Positions 1 through 12,554 of a stretch of 64,000 nt of DNA are shown here, piece by piece; position 1 is the first letter of the stretch, and each line of letters begins with the position of its first letter. A model generated the notes under the pieces. It worked only from the letters and a program-made list of their open reading frames with translations, made no database searches and was not told where the DNA came from. The translations under genes and the position numbers were made by a program. Location: NCBI RefSeq assembly GCF_018350175.1, contig NC_058368.1, positions 216,754,001-216,818,000 on the forward strand, written 5' to 3'. This DNA comes from Felis catus (lineage: Eukaryota).

Positions 1-1010
1 GTGTTGCCTCTTCCTGTAAAGCATGTATGTGTTCAGAGTATTTCACCTGGATACAGGTGATGTTACATACAGAGGAACACATAATAGCTACAAAACCTAG
101 AAAACCGCTACTGTATTAGCTCTCTCTCCCCCATCCCAGAGGGAAAAAAAAGGGTCTTATGTTGTAGGACAATGCTCAGAGCAGAATGATAGCTCCAAGG
201 ATAATATCCAGCTTCTCGGGGTTCAGAAAACAAATAAACAAAAATGCACTTGCAGAGGACTTTGATGAAATAAAGCCTCTGCATTAATATATTGTTGAAA
301 GATATACTTGGAGTAAACTTTGAATATTTACGGGATCCAGTTAATAGAGGACCACCACTGGAGAAGTGAACATTTCATCAAAGTAGAACCTGAGAAAAAT
401 ACACTAAGTCATATGAAAGGAGATCAAAAGACAGAAATTCAAGTGAGACAGTCAACCAGTATATAAGAAATGCATAATATATGTGAGAAAATCCCCCTGG
501 AAATTGTAGCAATTCAAAGGAAGAAAAATCTCTCTAGTTGTCAAGGAAATGCATAATTGGATCAACAATGGCCTGTAACTATACAATTGAGAGTAATCAG
601 GAAAAGTTAAGAGACCAGCAAGACCCAATGCTATGGATGGAAATGAGGAGAATAATCTCATAGATAATGGTAGAAATATAAACGGTTATAGCTTTCTTTT
701 GAAACAATTTGAAAAAATGCATAATATGAACACATACATATGCAAATACAAGTTTGTGTATATATATACATATATACATATATATACACACAGATGTGTG
801 CAGCAGTGTGTGGTAGAAATATATTTCATATCAGTGTTGTAAATGATCGACTATATTAATAAATGGTGAATGTATGCCCCAGAACATCATGCAGATATTA
901 TATACTTGGGACACATGGAAAACTGTCTATTACATGTTATGAACTGAAAAAATTGTACATAATAAAATCCCCTAAAATGAGTGAGAACAACTTTCCAGTA
1001 TGTGTGATTT

Positions 1011-1056
<46 letters not shown>
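1011..1056. repeat. (TTTC)n microsatellite
   Basis: Direct tetranucleotide run. Confidence 0.95.
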
Positions 1057-1057
<1 letters not shown>

Positions 1058-1110
1058 AATGATGACGATGAACATGAAAAGGTTTGGGATACCACAGAAA
1101 TGACTTTTAA

Positions 1111-1317
1111 TTTTTTTTTCAACGTTTATTTATTTTTTGGACAGAGAGAGACAGAGCATGAACGGGGGAGGGGCAGAGAGAGAGGGAGACACAGAATCGG
1201 AAACAGGCTCCAGGCTCTGACAGCCCAGAGCCTGACGCGGGGCTCGAACTCACGGACCGCGAGATCGTGACCTGGCTGAAGTCGGACGCTTAACCGACTG
1301 CGCCACCCAGGCGCCCC
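1111..1317 (-). mobile_element. Can-SINE (SINEC_Fc-like, young)
   Basis: Reverse complement of GGGGCGCCTGGGTGGCGCAGTCGGTTAAG head, CT-rich body and A tail. Exact 16-bp TSD cagaaatgacttttaa at 1095-1110 and 1318-1333. CpGs retained. Confidence 0.97.
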
Positions 1318-1489
1318 CAGAAATGACTTTTAAAATGGGGAGAGCCTGGGGACTTCCAAAGGGGAATAAAACAATAGGAGCAGGTGAGTTACCATGAGAG
1401 ACCTTTGAAATTTACATCCAAAACTAAATAGCATTAAGATCCTGTTATGTTCCACAGCTTTAAATACCCCTTAGTCTCAGCACACTTGT

Positions 1490-2320
1490 AATTTGTATTA
1501 ACATCCCTATATCTTCTCCTGAACCCCAGGCTCTTATATTCAAATGTGTTTTTGATTTTTATTTGTTTATCTAATAGTCATCACACATTTGGTAAGGTTT
1601 AAACAACACTCTTGATTTTTCTCTACAAATATGTTTCTCTTCCCGGTTTCCCCATGAGGAAACAGCAAAACCATTCTTCTAAATGATTCTTAGAGCTCCT
1701 CTCAGAAAGTCTTCTCTCCTGTCTCTTTAAATTACATCCTGATTCTGATTATTCTCACAGTCCCCTACAAGGAACTATGCAGATTCAAGCAACTGTGATT
1801 TCTCTCCTAGGCAATTGCAACAATCTCCTGGCATTTCTTCTAGCTGGCACTCTTTGTTTCTCTAGTGTCGGTTCAAAAGCACAAACGCTAAAAATAAATA
1901 AAAAAGAAAGAAGTAATATGTCAGTGTTCTGTTAAGCTCTTGCTATAGTTTTCAATCTTGTGTAGAGTAGTACCCATAGACCTACCAAAAGCTTAGAAGG
2001 TCAGCTTCCAGATTTCTTCTCTGATCTCATTTTTTAAGGCTCTTATTCATTCTGGTGCAGCCATTCTGGCCTCATTGCTGCTAATCAAACTCATCAAGCA
2101 TATTCATTCCCAAACCATGGCCTTAATTCTTGCTCATTCCATCCAGTATATTTCCCTCCTGATATTCATGTCTTGTTCCTCAGTACCTTCAGATCGCTTG
2201 TCAAATTTCACTTTATCACAGTGGTTTTCCTATGTGACTGACATAAAGTGGATCCTCCCTGTCTCTTACACTATCCATCACTCCCACTACTCCATATTAT
2301 CACCACCTCAAACACCCCCC
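1490..2320 (+). mobile_element. L2 LINE fragment (old)
   Basis: Degenerate L2-like motifs (ctcctgaaccccaggctcttatattcaaatg; cagccattctggcctc). Boundaries approximate. Confidence 0.6.
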
Positions 2321-2321
2321 T

Positions 2322-2465
2322 ACACACACGCACACACACACACACAGATAATAGAAAAAAAGATAGATGATGGATGGATGGATGGATGGATGGATAGAAA
2401 GACAGATACATACATACATACATACATACATAGATACATAGAAAATAGATAGATAAATAGATAAA
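2322..2465. repeat. Compound (CA)n/(GGAT)n/(CATA)n/(GATA)n microsatellite
   Basis: Direct inspection. Confidence 0.9.
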
Positions 2466-3539
2466 GTGATAGTCTCCCCCAGTAACCTTTCTCTCCACCA
2501 TATCTATGAAACCTTGTTTTTAGAAATGAACATAGTAGAAATAGTAGGTTTATTAAAAAATAAAGGTATCCTGTTATTACTAAAAATGCCAAATTATTTT
2601 ATATTTTTCAAAATAGTCTCTTTTTCTGGTTGCCTTATATTTTTACAATGGCAATGATGGACTACAAACATCTCCTCTGACTCCTCAATACAGACTTAGG
2701 CACAGCCTCTCCATTAGATGACTCTCATGCTTACAAGGTGCCAGCGTCTTCTTTTTATTCTCACTACCGCAATGGCGAGAGAATTATCTCTAATTCTCTG
2801 TCTCCTAGATTCCACAGATCATATCTATTTGAAATTCATGAACATTTTTGTTACAATTTCCCTAACTACTTTCTAAGCCCTCGTCAGGTTTGTGGCATAC
2901 AGTATTTTTCACCTTGATTTTGTAGCCCCCTTCTCTATAAATACGCTACCTACAGCGTATTTATACGCTGTATACCTACAGCGTACTGTAGATACAGTTG
3001 TATCTACAACTTTCAAATCCTCTCCTTTTATTAGGGCCAAGTGTTATTATATTTCTTCCCTAGAAACATTAGCTAAGGTTGATCTGTTAGTTGCACTCAG
3101 CATTTTCAACTTTTATCACATCCAGTATGATATAATAGTTCTTTGCATATATCATAAAAGAGGTACATTTTTGAAAACATAAACTGATGTATTCACTTAT
3201 ACATATTTAAAATATTATTCAGCTCAAAGAGATAAAGTGTATCTATAAATAATACAAAATCCTCTAACAAAATTAAAGTTTAAGTGATAAATTGAGTGAA
3301 ATGTTATCACAATAAAACCAAGGAATGGTTAATTATCTACTGAACAATGGTAAATAGATAAGGGTAGTACATTCGAAACTACTGGGTGGATGGTAAGGAA
3401 TTTAAAAATATATTGTTTAACAAATTATGAATATGGAAGCTTCATTTAATCTATTTTGCTCTGAATTGGTCCCTAAGGTATCTATAACTGACAGTATTGA
3501 GTTGGTTGTTTTAAGTTTTGGGGGTTTGGGGGGGTTGTT

Positions 3540-3727
3540 TGTTTATTTTGAGAGGGAGCACAAGTGTGAGCTGGGAAGGGGCAGAGAGAGAGAGGGAGAG
3601 AATCTCGAGCAAGCTCCGTGCTCAGTGAAGAGCCTGATACGGGGCTTCATCTTACAAACCGTGAGATCATGACCTGAGCCAATATCAAGAGTCAGATGCT
3701 TAACAGACTGAGCCACCCAGGCGCCCC
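3540..3727 (-). mobile_element. Can-SINE
   Basis: SINE body ending gagccacccaggcgcccc. No TSD found. Confidence 0.93.
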
Positions 3728-4500
3728 AGGATGTCACTCATTCTTGAGGTCCCACCCTAATGACTTTGCTCAGCTGAAGCTATTGATATTTTTTCACTGA
3801 ATATGAACCGTCTGCACATGTTCCTGGCTAACATTCCTCCTTCTGCTGAGGAAGTTTGGAGACGTTTACAGAAAAGCCTCCTCTCTATCTTGCTCTGTTT
3901 TGATATGTACTATGTACTCCGAGACTTTATGGCTCCATACACGTCTGACGTGATGACATCTGACAAATGGGTATCTCGCCTCCACTGGCTGCATTTGCTA
4001 GATCTCTTGTTTCTTTGGTAGAGGTTACACAACAAGAAATGCATAGGAAAAAAATAACCCAGTTATGTAAATAAATCTATCAAATGTACCAGCCCATCCT
4101 ATTAACTGATGGTCCTAATTCTATAAAGTGTTATTTGGTAGAGATATAAGAATCCATGATCCTCCTAATATACTAATACCTTCCTCCAAATTATGGAGTC
4201 TATTTGGCATAATTAAGCTTCCTAGTGTTTTCCCCATGATTCGAATACATACGCATAGAACTCTAGAGCATCTGTCTAAATATTTTCCCCTTTGCATTTC
4301 CTTTAAGAAGACGGGTATATTTAAAAATGTTTAGACATACCAACTTACAAGTCAAAATAATTAAATGTTGTCACTTATTTTGTCACAGAACACATGCTAT
4401 GGCTATAAGGAATATAATTCATCACTTAGCAGTTGAGAAACCCAAAAAAAAAAGATAACATGAAAGCACTCAATTTTATGTACTAGAAACTGAATGAAAT

Positions 4501-4502
<2 letters not shown>

Positions 4503-4538
<36 letters not shown>
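4503..4538. repeat. Poly(A) tract
   Basis: About 36 consecutive A. Confidence 0.95.
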
Positions 4539-4541
<3 letters not shown>

Positions 4542-5283
4542 AAAAAGGTAAGAAAAGAAAAAAATAAAACAAAGTATTTTTGCTGAAGAATGATATACTT
4601 CTTTGAATAGACATTCTCTTGTGAAGTTACTAAAATTGTATTGTTTCCAGAAAAGGCAAAGGCAAACAGGAGCTGACAGGGTGTGATGTGTGGCTTCCGG
4701 TGACTGTGGGGAGTGAAGGCGGTCCTGGTGGAGGGTCAGGGAGAAGGTGGGATACACTGAGCATCACAGGGTGTTCAGAGAATGGCCCAATCAGGCTGGA
4801 CGCAGAGGCTTACAGGACCCTTCCTTCCAGAGGAATCCTGAAATAGCAGGATCTCAGAAGTTCTACAGGGGCCGCGGGGGAGTCCTGTGATGAGAAACAC
4901 CAGGAGGCCCCTTGTCCCAGGTTCCTCTGTGAGGACTTTGGCTCGGGCCACCTATCAAACTAACCACAATCATTGGTGATGCTTCCCCTCCCTAAGCGTT
5001 ACAAAGCAGAGCTCAGAGAATCAGTTAATATCTACTTAAAAGGCTTTAAAAAAAAAAAAAAAAAAAAAAAGGTATGGAAGTGCAGGCAACAGAGACACAA
5101 GTAAAAAGAAATAACTCAAAAAGTAGAAAAGCTGTGATTTAAATGGGCACATGACAAAATGCGGAAAACAATAAAATATCAGTTAATTATGAAATCTATG
5201 GTTATAAAACAGAAGGCAAGTATCCTTGAACTTAGAAGCAGTAATACGTACACATACATGCATTTATGTTTAAAATATGTGTC

Positions 5284-5502
5284 GGGGCACCTGGGTGGCG
5301 CAGTCGGTTAAGCGTCCGACTTCAGCCAGGTCACGATCTCGCGGTCCGTGAGTTCGAGCCCTGCGTCAGGCTGTGGGCTGATGGCTCGGAGCCTGGAGCC
5401 TGTTTCCGATTCTGTGTCTCCCTCTCTCTCTGCCCCTCCCCCGTTCATGCTCTGTCTCTCTCTGTCCCAAAAATAAATAAACGTTGAAAAAAAAAATAAA
5501 AA
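5284..5502 (+). mobile_element. Can-SINE (SINEC_Fc-like, young)
   Basis: Full head, body and tail. TSD taaaatatgtgt at 5271-5282 and 5503-5514. Confidence 0.97.
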
Positions 5503-5683
5503 TAAAATATGTGTACATGTAACTGAATTGGATGCAAAGTGAGTGAGGGAGAGAGACACAGACAGAGAGATAGACACCAGTTTCACAGAATATACCAAAA
5601 CAAATATACAGAAGGAAAAGTAAATGAGAGATACTATAAATGAACTATCTGCGGCATTCTCAAATATGGAATTCATGTGTGCT

Positions 5684-5684
5684 T

Positions 5685-5719
<35 letters not shown>

Positions 5720-5733
5720 TTTTCATGTGTGCT

Positions 5734-5765
<32 letters not shown>

Positions 5766-5938
5766 GAGAGACAGAGGGAAAGCAAGCAGGGGAGGAGCAG
5801 GGAGAGGGAGAGACAGAATCCCAAGCAGGATCCGCCCTATCAGGATATAGCCAGAGGAGGGGCTCGAACTCACAAACCATGAGATCGTGACCTGAGCTGA
5901 AACCAAGAGTCGGACGCTTAACTGACTGAGCCACCCAG
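5684..5938 (-). mobile_element. Can-SINE with duplicated (ATTT)n tail
   Basis: SINE body 5765-5938. Tail and flank are duplicated with a 50-bp period. Confidence 0.92.
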
Positions 5939-6670
5939 AGTTCACCTCCATGTGAACATTGTTGCATGTTAATCCTTTAAATATCCAGAGGGATAATACA
6001 AAACTAAAAAGACTATAATAGCACAATATAAGAGAAAAAAAAGTATGCAAACAATGAAGGTGGCAGAAGGTCAAAGAATCCAATAAAAGTACATTTTCAC
6101 CACTTCTGCTACTATTCCTTGATCCAAACTCCATCAAGATCATTGCAAGGGATTTCCTGCCTGCTCATGTCTCCCTATATCCTAGTGTCAATCTGGTTGA
6201 TTGAACCTCATAAGATTTTAGAGCATTTTAAATTTCTCCCCTGGCAAGTACATTCAAATGGTGTCTTAGGTCACTCAAAATAAAAGTCAGTCATTTCCAT
6301 AACCAAAGAGACTTTTGTGGTTCACCCACTTTTAATCCCCTTTACCTATCTAAACTTATCTACTATTCCTTTCAATCCACTGCATTTCCTTAAACATTGC
6401 CCAATGCCAGTGTCCATGCTGTAAGTGTAAGCACTATCTTATATTGCCATAACAGAAGGATAGAAAGAAGAAACAGTTTATCCATTTTCTTCTCATGCAA
6501 TAGTATAATCCTTGAAATGAATTTGATAGAAATGTTAAAGAGAAAATAAAACTAGATGTCAATTTCATTTATAAGCTTGCACACAAATATTACTCGCAAG
6601 TGTTCCGTGTTTTATGCTCCTTCTTGCATTTGCTAAGGTTTTTTTTAAAGAGTGTCCCATTGGTGTCTTC

Positions 6671-6887
6671 TTTTTTTTTTTTTTTTCATGTTTATTTATT
6701 TTTGAGAGATAGAGAGACAAAGCACAATCATGGGAGGGGCAGAGAGAGAGGGAGATACAGAATCGGAAGCAGGCTCTAGGCTCTGAGCTGTCAGCACAGA
6801 TCCCGACTTGGGGCTCCAACCCACAAATGCGAGATGGTGACCTGAGCCAAAGTCCGATGCTTAACGACTAAGCCATCCAGGCACACC
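6671..6887 (-). mobile_element. Can-SINE
   Basis: T tail plus SINE body. Degenerate TSD ccattggtgtcttct / ccattgacgccttct. Confidence 0.93.
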
Positions 6888-7019
6888 ACCCTCCTCTCCC
6901 CCCCTCCATTGACGCCTTCTGCAATGTGACAAGGACGTCCTGACCCTCACTGGTGTCCTTCTGGTATGCACATCTTGTTCTCCAAGCTGTCCATTGCCTC
7001 TGTTATCACCACCTCCCTC

Positions 7020-7505
7020 TTTCTTACTGTCTGCTCTCAACAGTGCATGCTAAAACTTGGGTCAATTCATGTCATATCACTCTTTGGAGCTACGTAACTA
7101 ACTCTTAATTCACTCAATAAAGTTCAAAACTCTGACCCTTCAGGATTTATCCCATAATTTTTCTGACATCATCTTCCAATGCATCTCATTTATTCTCTCC
7201 ACTCTGGCCAAACAGGGCTTCTAACTGTTCATCCTGCCCCCACACAGTCACTTCATACAACTTCCAAAAAACTATTTTCCGTCAATATCCAGATGTTATC
7301 CTTTCCCCTTACTATACCTACTTCCTTATATCTCTCTTCAAATGTTGATTTTCAGCGAGGTACCCCTAGGACTCCTATGTGTTCTTCTTGCTCTCGACTT
7401 CTCATATACATGTATGTTGCACATTTAGTCTATAGCTATCTTAAACACCTACAAGGGTGCCTGGTATATAAACGGAGCTCAATAAATATTTACTAAATGA
7501 GCATG
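7020..7505 (+). mobile_element. L2 LINE 3' end
   Basis: Ends in the L2 terminal motif gtgcctggtatataaacggagctcaataaatatttactaaatga. Confidence 0.7.
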
Positions 7506-10297
7506 TGGCTTTGTGTCCTGTTCTCAATGATTTTAGACACTTTGATTATCTTCACCCTTATTAGTCTTTCTCAATAATATCATTCTCAACTTGATTTTGT
7601 CCTACTTCTATGTGTCTAGTCTTCAAACAGTTTATTAGAGTGACTTACATTTCACAAGCAGGGACCCAAGTCATGGAGATTACTGACCATCTGAGCATTA
7701 GGAGTACCAAGAAGAAGAAAATACCCTGGATAAGTCACTGCTTCTTAGAGAAGGGATTTTAGATTTTTCCAGCATCTGTGTGACCCCTTGAACGCGTTAA
7801 AGTGACTCTTTATTCACGCATTATGTTTTCACAAGTATAAAATAAATACTTAAAAATAATCCATGAAGTATAAAGTAAAATATAGATTTCATTTAGGTAA
7901 CTCTAAGTTAGATTATGTGGGCTGTTGCTCAGCAAACGTAGCTGAGATGTTCAATTGATGCCTCTACTAACAGTGAAATTTTATATGAAAAAAATGAACC
8001 ATGTAAAGGATGTGTTATTAGTTCCTCTCTTAATTTAGAAAATTATGCTATGAATTAACTTTTCTTAATCTAATTTTCCTTGATATAGAGGATACCCTAT
8101 TCTTTCACTCTTCATTTGTTGATGCTTTCAGTAAATGAAGAAATAATTACCAAGCATCTATTTGTGTCATTCAATGGAGTTTTATAAGGCTGAAGCTCAC
8201 CATGGAATTTCAGTAATGAAGTTACAAATAGGTGTTTAGCTCAATAGCAGACACTCCATGGAGAACTTAGGATATAAATAAGAAGAGATAGAATATTAAT
8301 TAACTGAATTGTTACTCAATTCAATAATTTAGGATGAATATCCCTTTTTTACAAATGGGAACCAGAAGAAGAAAGAAGGTCCCTCATTTGTTCAAGGCCA
8401 CGTAACTCATATTTTTGAAAATTCATCTCAAAACTATTTGGTTCCAGAATCCTTGTTCCAAAAGACTAGAGTCTACTTTCTTGAATATGAATAAATACAA
8501 TTCCTACTGCCAAAGAGTTCAGAGTCTAACAGGAAATATGAGAATATAAAATATTTAATATTATGGTATAAGTGCTATAATAAAAGTTTGTATGGAATTT
8601 TACAGAGGCTCAGATTAACAAGTAATTTGCAAATGTGTAATAGGTAGCAAAGCATGGGAAGCTAAAGTCTGATGATGACCTCACTAAATTTGAGAGATAA
8701 TTTAGCAAGGATATCCAGCCTCTCCTAGAAAATAAGAAAAAAAAACCAATTATGATGAATTATTAGATGAGTTTGTGAGGTCACTTACAATTCTCTGTGA
8801 GTTGTTTTTATCTCTGTCTCCACGAGATAGCTATCTTATTACTCTGAGGTGTGAATATCTATTTTTGGAGCATTTAACTTTATAAACACTTGAAGATTGG
8901 AAGGGAGAGTATTAACATTCATTAGATGAATCCTTTGTTCACTGTTAACGTGTCTCGTTTCTCTCCTTCTAAATACAAGCGGTACCTTTCAATTCCACAT
9001 ACAGTAAAAGATAATTGGGTACTTGGAAATAACATAACCAAAGATGAGATCCATGAACATCCCATTGTCAGTCTGTCGCATTAATAAAAGTGCAATCATC
9101 TTGCTTTATTTTAAATATGCTGTGTGAGAAAATACAAAAAGAAATCCAGCATCCCTGGTATGCAGCATTGTTATTTTTATTGCCAGGTTATTCTCTAATG
9201 CAAAAATCACAGATGTTGACCAAAATTAAAGTAATAGTTCACTCTCGTGAAACTAGTGCTTTACAGATTGCTCAGATAATGTGATAACCATGAACATAGC
9301 CATATGCTTTATGTCCAGCCATTAGAAATGTTACTACATTTATTTGATTTAAAACTTTACATTGCATAATCAAGCGTTCAAAACGTTTATATGAAAATAT
9401 TTTTACATTAGATAAGATGGTACCTTATGTTTTCGACTTTGGGTATCATCCTACACAGTTTCAGTTTATCTTCAGGACACCTGGAATTACTGGAAGTTTC
9501 TTTGTACACATCCATTCCTACTAGCCATGAGATGAAAAGTAATGAATTGTCTCGGCTTTTAATTTTTGTAATTAATGAAAATAAAAATAAAGCAATACCA
9601 TCATTTAGCCCCTCCCTGTTGTTATCTAATTCTAGACAGATACTTGCTTCAGCCAGTTCAAATACAAATTCTACAATTTTGTATTGAGTTTCACTCTTAA
9701 TGAGCCTCTGAGTATTGGAAAAGGAGATATAAAAATGACACGGAAACATCTTTTCTGAAGGAGATTCATAGAAATAGACAATGACACATATCGCCAAACA
9801 GAATAATACCATCTAGTTATGAATTCTGCATAGATAGTGAAAGAGTGATGATAGAAAATTCTAGCTGGGATTATTTTGGAAGGGTAAATGTGTTGCACTT
9901 ACGTTTGTGTGTGTGTATGAATGGTGTCCTGAGGAGGTAACATGTGAACTGATATGTTTCCTGTCTGAAAAATCTAAAATACACTTATATACTGTCATTT
10001 CTTCAATTAGAATACATTCTAAATTTGTACCATGACAAATGAAAACCAACAAGGCCAGGCCAAGTAATTTTCTGTGAACTCTTATAATACCATTCTGTTC
10101 TGAGTATGCTCAGCCATATTGATCTCTTTTCTGAAATTTTAGAGGAAGAACCATTAGATATGAGTTAAATATAGAAGTAGAACAATTGCATATGATTACA
10201 AGTGAAAGAAAAAGAAAAGAGAAGTGTGGACCTCCTAGGGTTTGGACCCCAGTAACTGGGAGGATTTTGGAGCCATTATGGAGGAACTATGTTTCTC

Positions 10298-10442
10298 TCC
10301 TTCCTCTTCTCTTCTTCTCTCCTTCCCTTTCTTTCTTTTTTTTTCCCTCCCTCTTTCTCCCTTCCCCCACATCACTTCTCTCTCTCCTTTCCTTCCCTCT
10401 TTCCTTCCTTCTTTCCTTCCTTCCTTTTCTTTGTTTTCTTTC
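10298..10442. repeat. Polypyrimidine low-complexity tract
   Basis: About 145 bp almost entirely C/T. Confidence 0.9.
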
Positions 10443-10579
10443 CAGAAGTAAAGATTTCAATATATTAATCTTAAAATAATTTTAAATATTCTAGTCGTTC
10501 TTAATCCCGCTCACCCATTCATCCCCACGTCTGTATGCTTCAATTCGGTAATATTTACTTTATTTTTTTATTAAAAAGT

Positions 10580-10672
10580 TTTCTTTTAAGTTTATTTATT
10601 TGTTTTTAGAGAGAGAAAGAGAAAGAGAGGGACGGAGAGAAAGAGATCATGTGCCAGTGGGGGACGGGCAGG

Positions 10673-10712
<40 letters not shown>

Positions 10713-10785
10713 CCCAAGCAGGCTCTGCACTGTCAGCCAAGATCAAGAGTTGGGCACTTAACCAACTGAGCCACCCAGGTCCCCC
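10580..10785 (-). mobile_element. Can-SINE, internally deleted
   Basis: (GA)n and aatcccaagcaggctctgcactgtcag joined directly to ccaagatcaagag, so the B-box region is missing. Confidence 0.9.
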
Positions 10786-10984
10786 AGTTATATTCACTTT
10801 AAACTAACTTGTCTTTTCTGTTATTTATGTATCTAAGTCTCATACTTGTGCTCTTACTAATAAATGTAGAAATGCTAAAATTAAGAGACTAAATACAGAC
10901 ATTGCAGGGTAAAAGAAGATATTTGTGACTTTCATACCTTGTAATTATGAAAAAATTAAATTTCAATTTAATTCCACCTAAGAT

Positions 10985-11570
10985 TGGCCAGAAAAATAAA
11001 AAGGCATTTCACAAAAGAAGGTATCCATGTGGCCAAATAATCATATAAAAAGATGTTCACATTCAGGAATAATTAGAGAAATCCCAATTAAAACCACTAG
11101 AAGAAACTAATATAAACTCACAGAATGCCTGAAGTTAGAAGATTGACAGTTACAAGTATTGAAGGGGAGGTAAAGTAATGGAAACCTTCAAAACAATCTC
11201 AATATACTGGTAGAAGTCTTACATTTGATGTCTTTACCTTGGAAAAACTGTTTAGCTTATCTATTCAAGTTGAAAATCATTACATCCTGTGACTCAACAA
11301 TTCCATTTCTAGGCAAGTACCCAACTCGACTGCATGCACAAGTGAATCAGAAGACATTTCCAAGAACGTTTGTAATAACATTTTTCATAATAACCTAAAA
11401 CTGAAAAATACCTATGCTTGTCTACTGTTTAATAAATTATGGTTTATTAATATAGTGAAGTATCACACACATGGTAACATGAACAAGCTACAGGTGTACA
11501 CATCAACATGGATGCAACAAACACAGTCTTAAAAATAATTCAATCACCAAAAAAAAAATGCATGGTAAAA
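10985..11570 (+). mobile_element. Old L1 (L1M-type) ORF2 3' end/3'UTR fragment
   Basis: gcatttcacaaaagaagg...aaaagatgttcac...ttaaaaccac...caattccatttctagg match L1 ORF2 C-terminal motifs. Confidence 0.8.
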
Positions 11571-11848
11571 TATAGGGGCCTGATACTTTATTCTGTTTGA
11601 AAATGAGTTTGGCTTGATTCTGCATTTTAATTGAGGTTGATCACCTAACCATAACTATAGTTACACCAAATTAGTATTTGACCTGAACAACCTATTTTGA
11701 ACTGAGGGTTAATTGTTTCATTGACCCATTAAATAGAATGTGCACCTCAAAAATTCAATTCCACAAGGGAAGTATTAAATAGAGTGACCAGTATGAAAGG
11801 TTCAAATGGTATGAGCAGGTTCAGATTTCTGTTATACCTGTCCATACT

Positions 11849-12249
11849 TATATTGGTTTGCTAGGACTACCATAACAACATATCACAGATTGGTTGGCTT
11901 CAATAACAGATATGTGTTTTTTCACAGTTTTGGAAGCTAGAAGCCCAAGAGCAATGTATCAGCAGATTTGTTTTCTTCTGGGACCTCTTTCTTTGGCTTT
12001 AAAGAATCTTTTCACTGTGAATTCAAATGGTCTTTTCTGTATGTGTGCATCCCTGGTATTTTTTTGTTTCCAAATTTTCTGTTTTTATAAGGACACCAGT
12101 CAGGTTGGATTAAGGTCCACCCTAATGGACTCATTTGAACTTAATCACTTATTTAAAAGTCTTATTTCAAAATAAAATCACATTCTGAGGAACTACAGGT
12201 TGGGGTTTCAACACGTGAATTTTACAGGGACACGATTCAGCCTACGACA
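11849..12249 (-). mobile_element. MLT1 (ERVL-MaLR) solo LTR
   Basis: MLT1 motifs cataacaacatatcacag, cacagttttggaagctagaag, aaggacaccagtcaggttggattaagg, cacattctgagg. Confidence 0.85.
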
Positions 12250-12554
12250 CTATTGTTTTGTCATCGCACCCTAGAATCATTCTGTGGCTTCATGGAATGG
12301 TACCTATATCTATTGATTGAAATGAGAAATAAACATAGTCTAGTCTTCTGCTTAATCATCACAGAATGCTGCTCATATGTAGTATTCTATATGTAGTAGT
12401 TCATAGACAGAGGCTAATACCTTGTCTTGCTGTTTAAAGACCTGGAAAAAAATTCAAATTTAGCAATATAATGTGAAGATGTTGTTTCTTTCTTTAATGC
12501 CACGAAAATATTTATCCCAGTGGAAGGGGATCTAAATCAAAATTCAAATGTTAA

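Noticed and set aside
5284..5360. tRNA-like A/B boxes
   Set aside because: This is the tRNA-derived head of a Can-SINE, continuing into a CT body and A tail; it is not a tRNA gene.
9408..9812. 134-aa minus-strand ORF
   Set aside because: No recognisable domain, and the composition is typical of AT-rich non-coding DNA.
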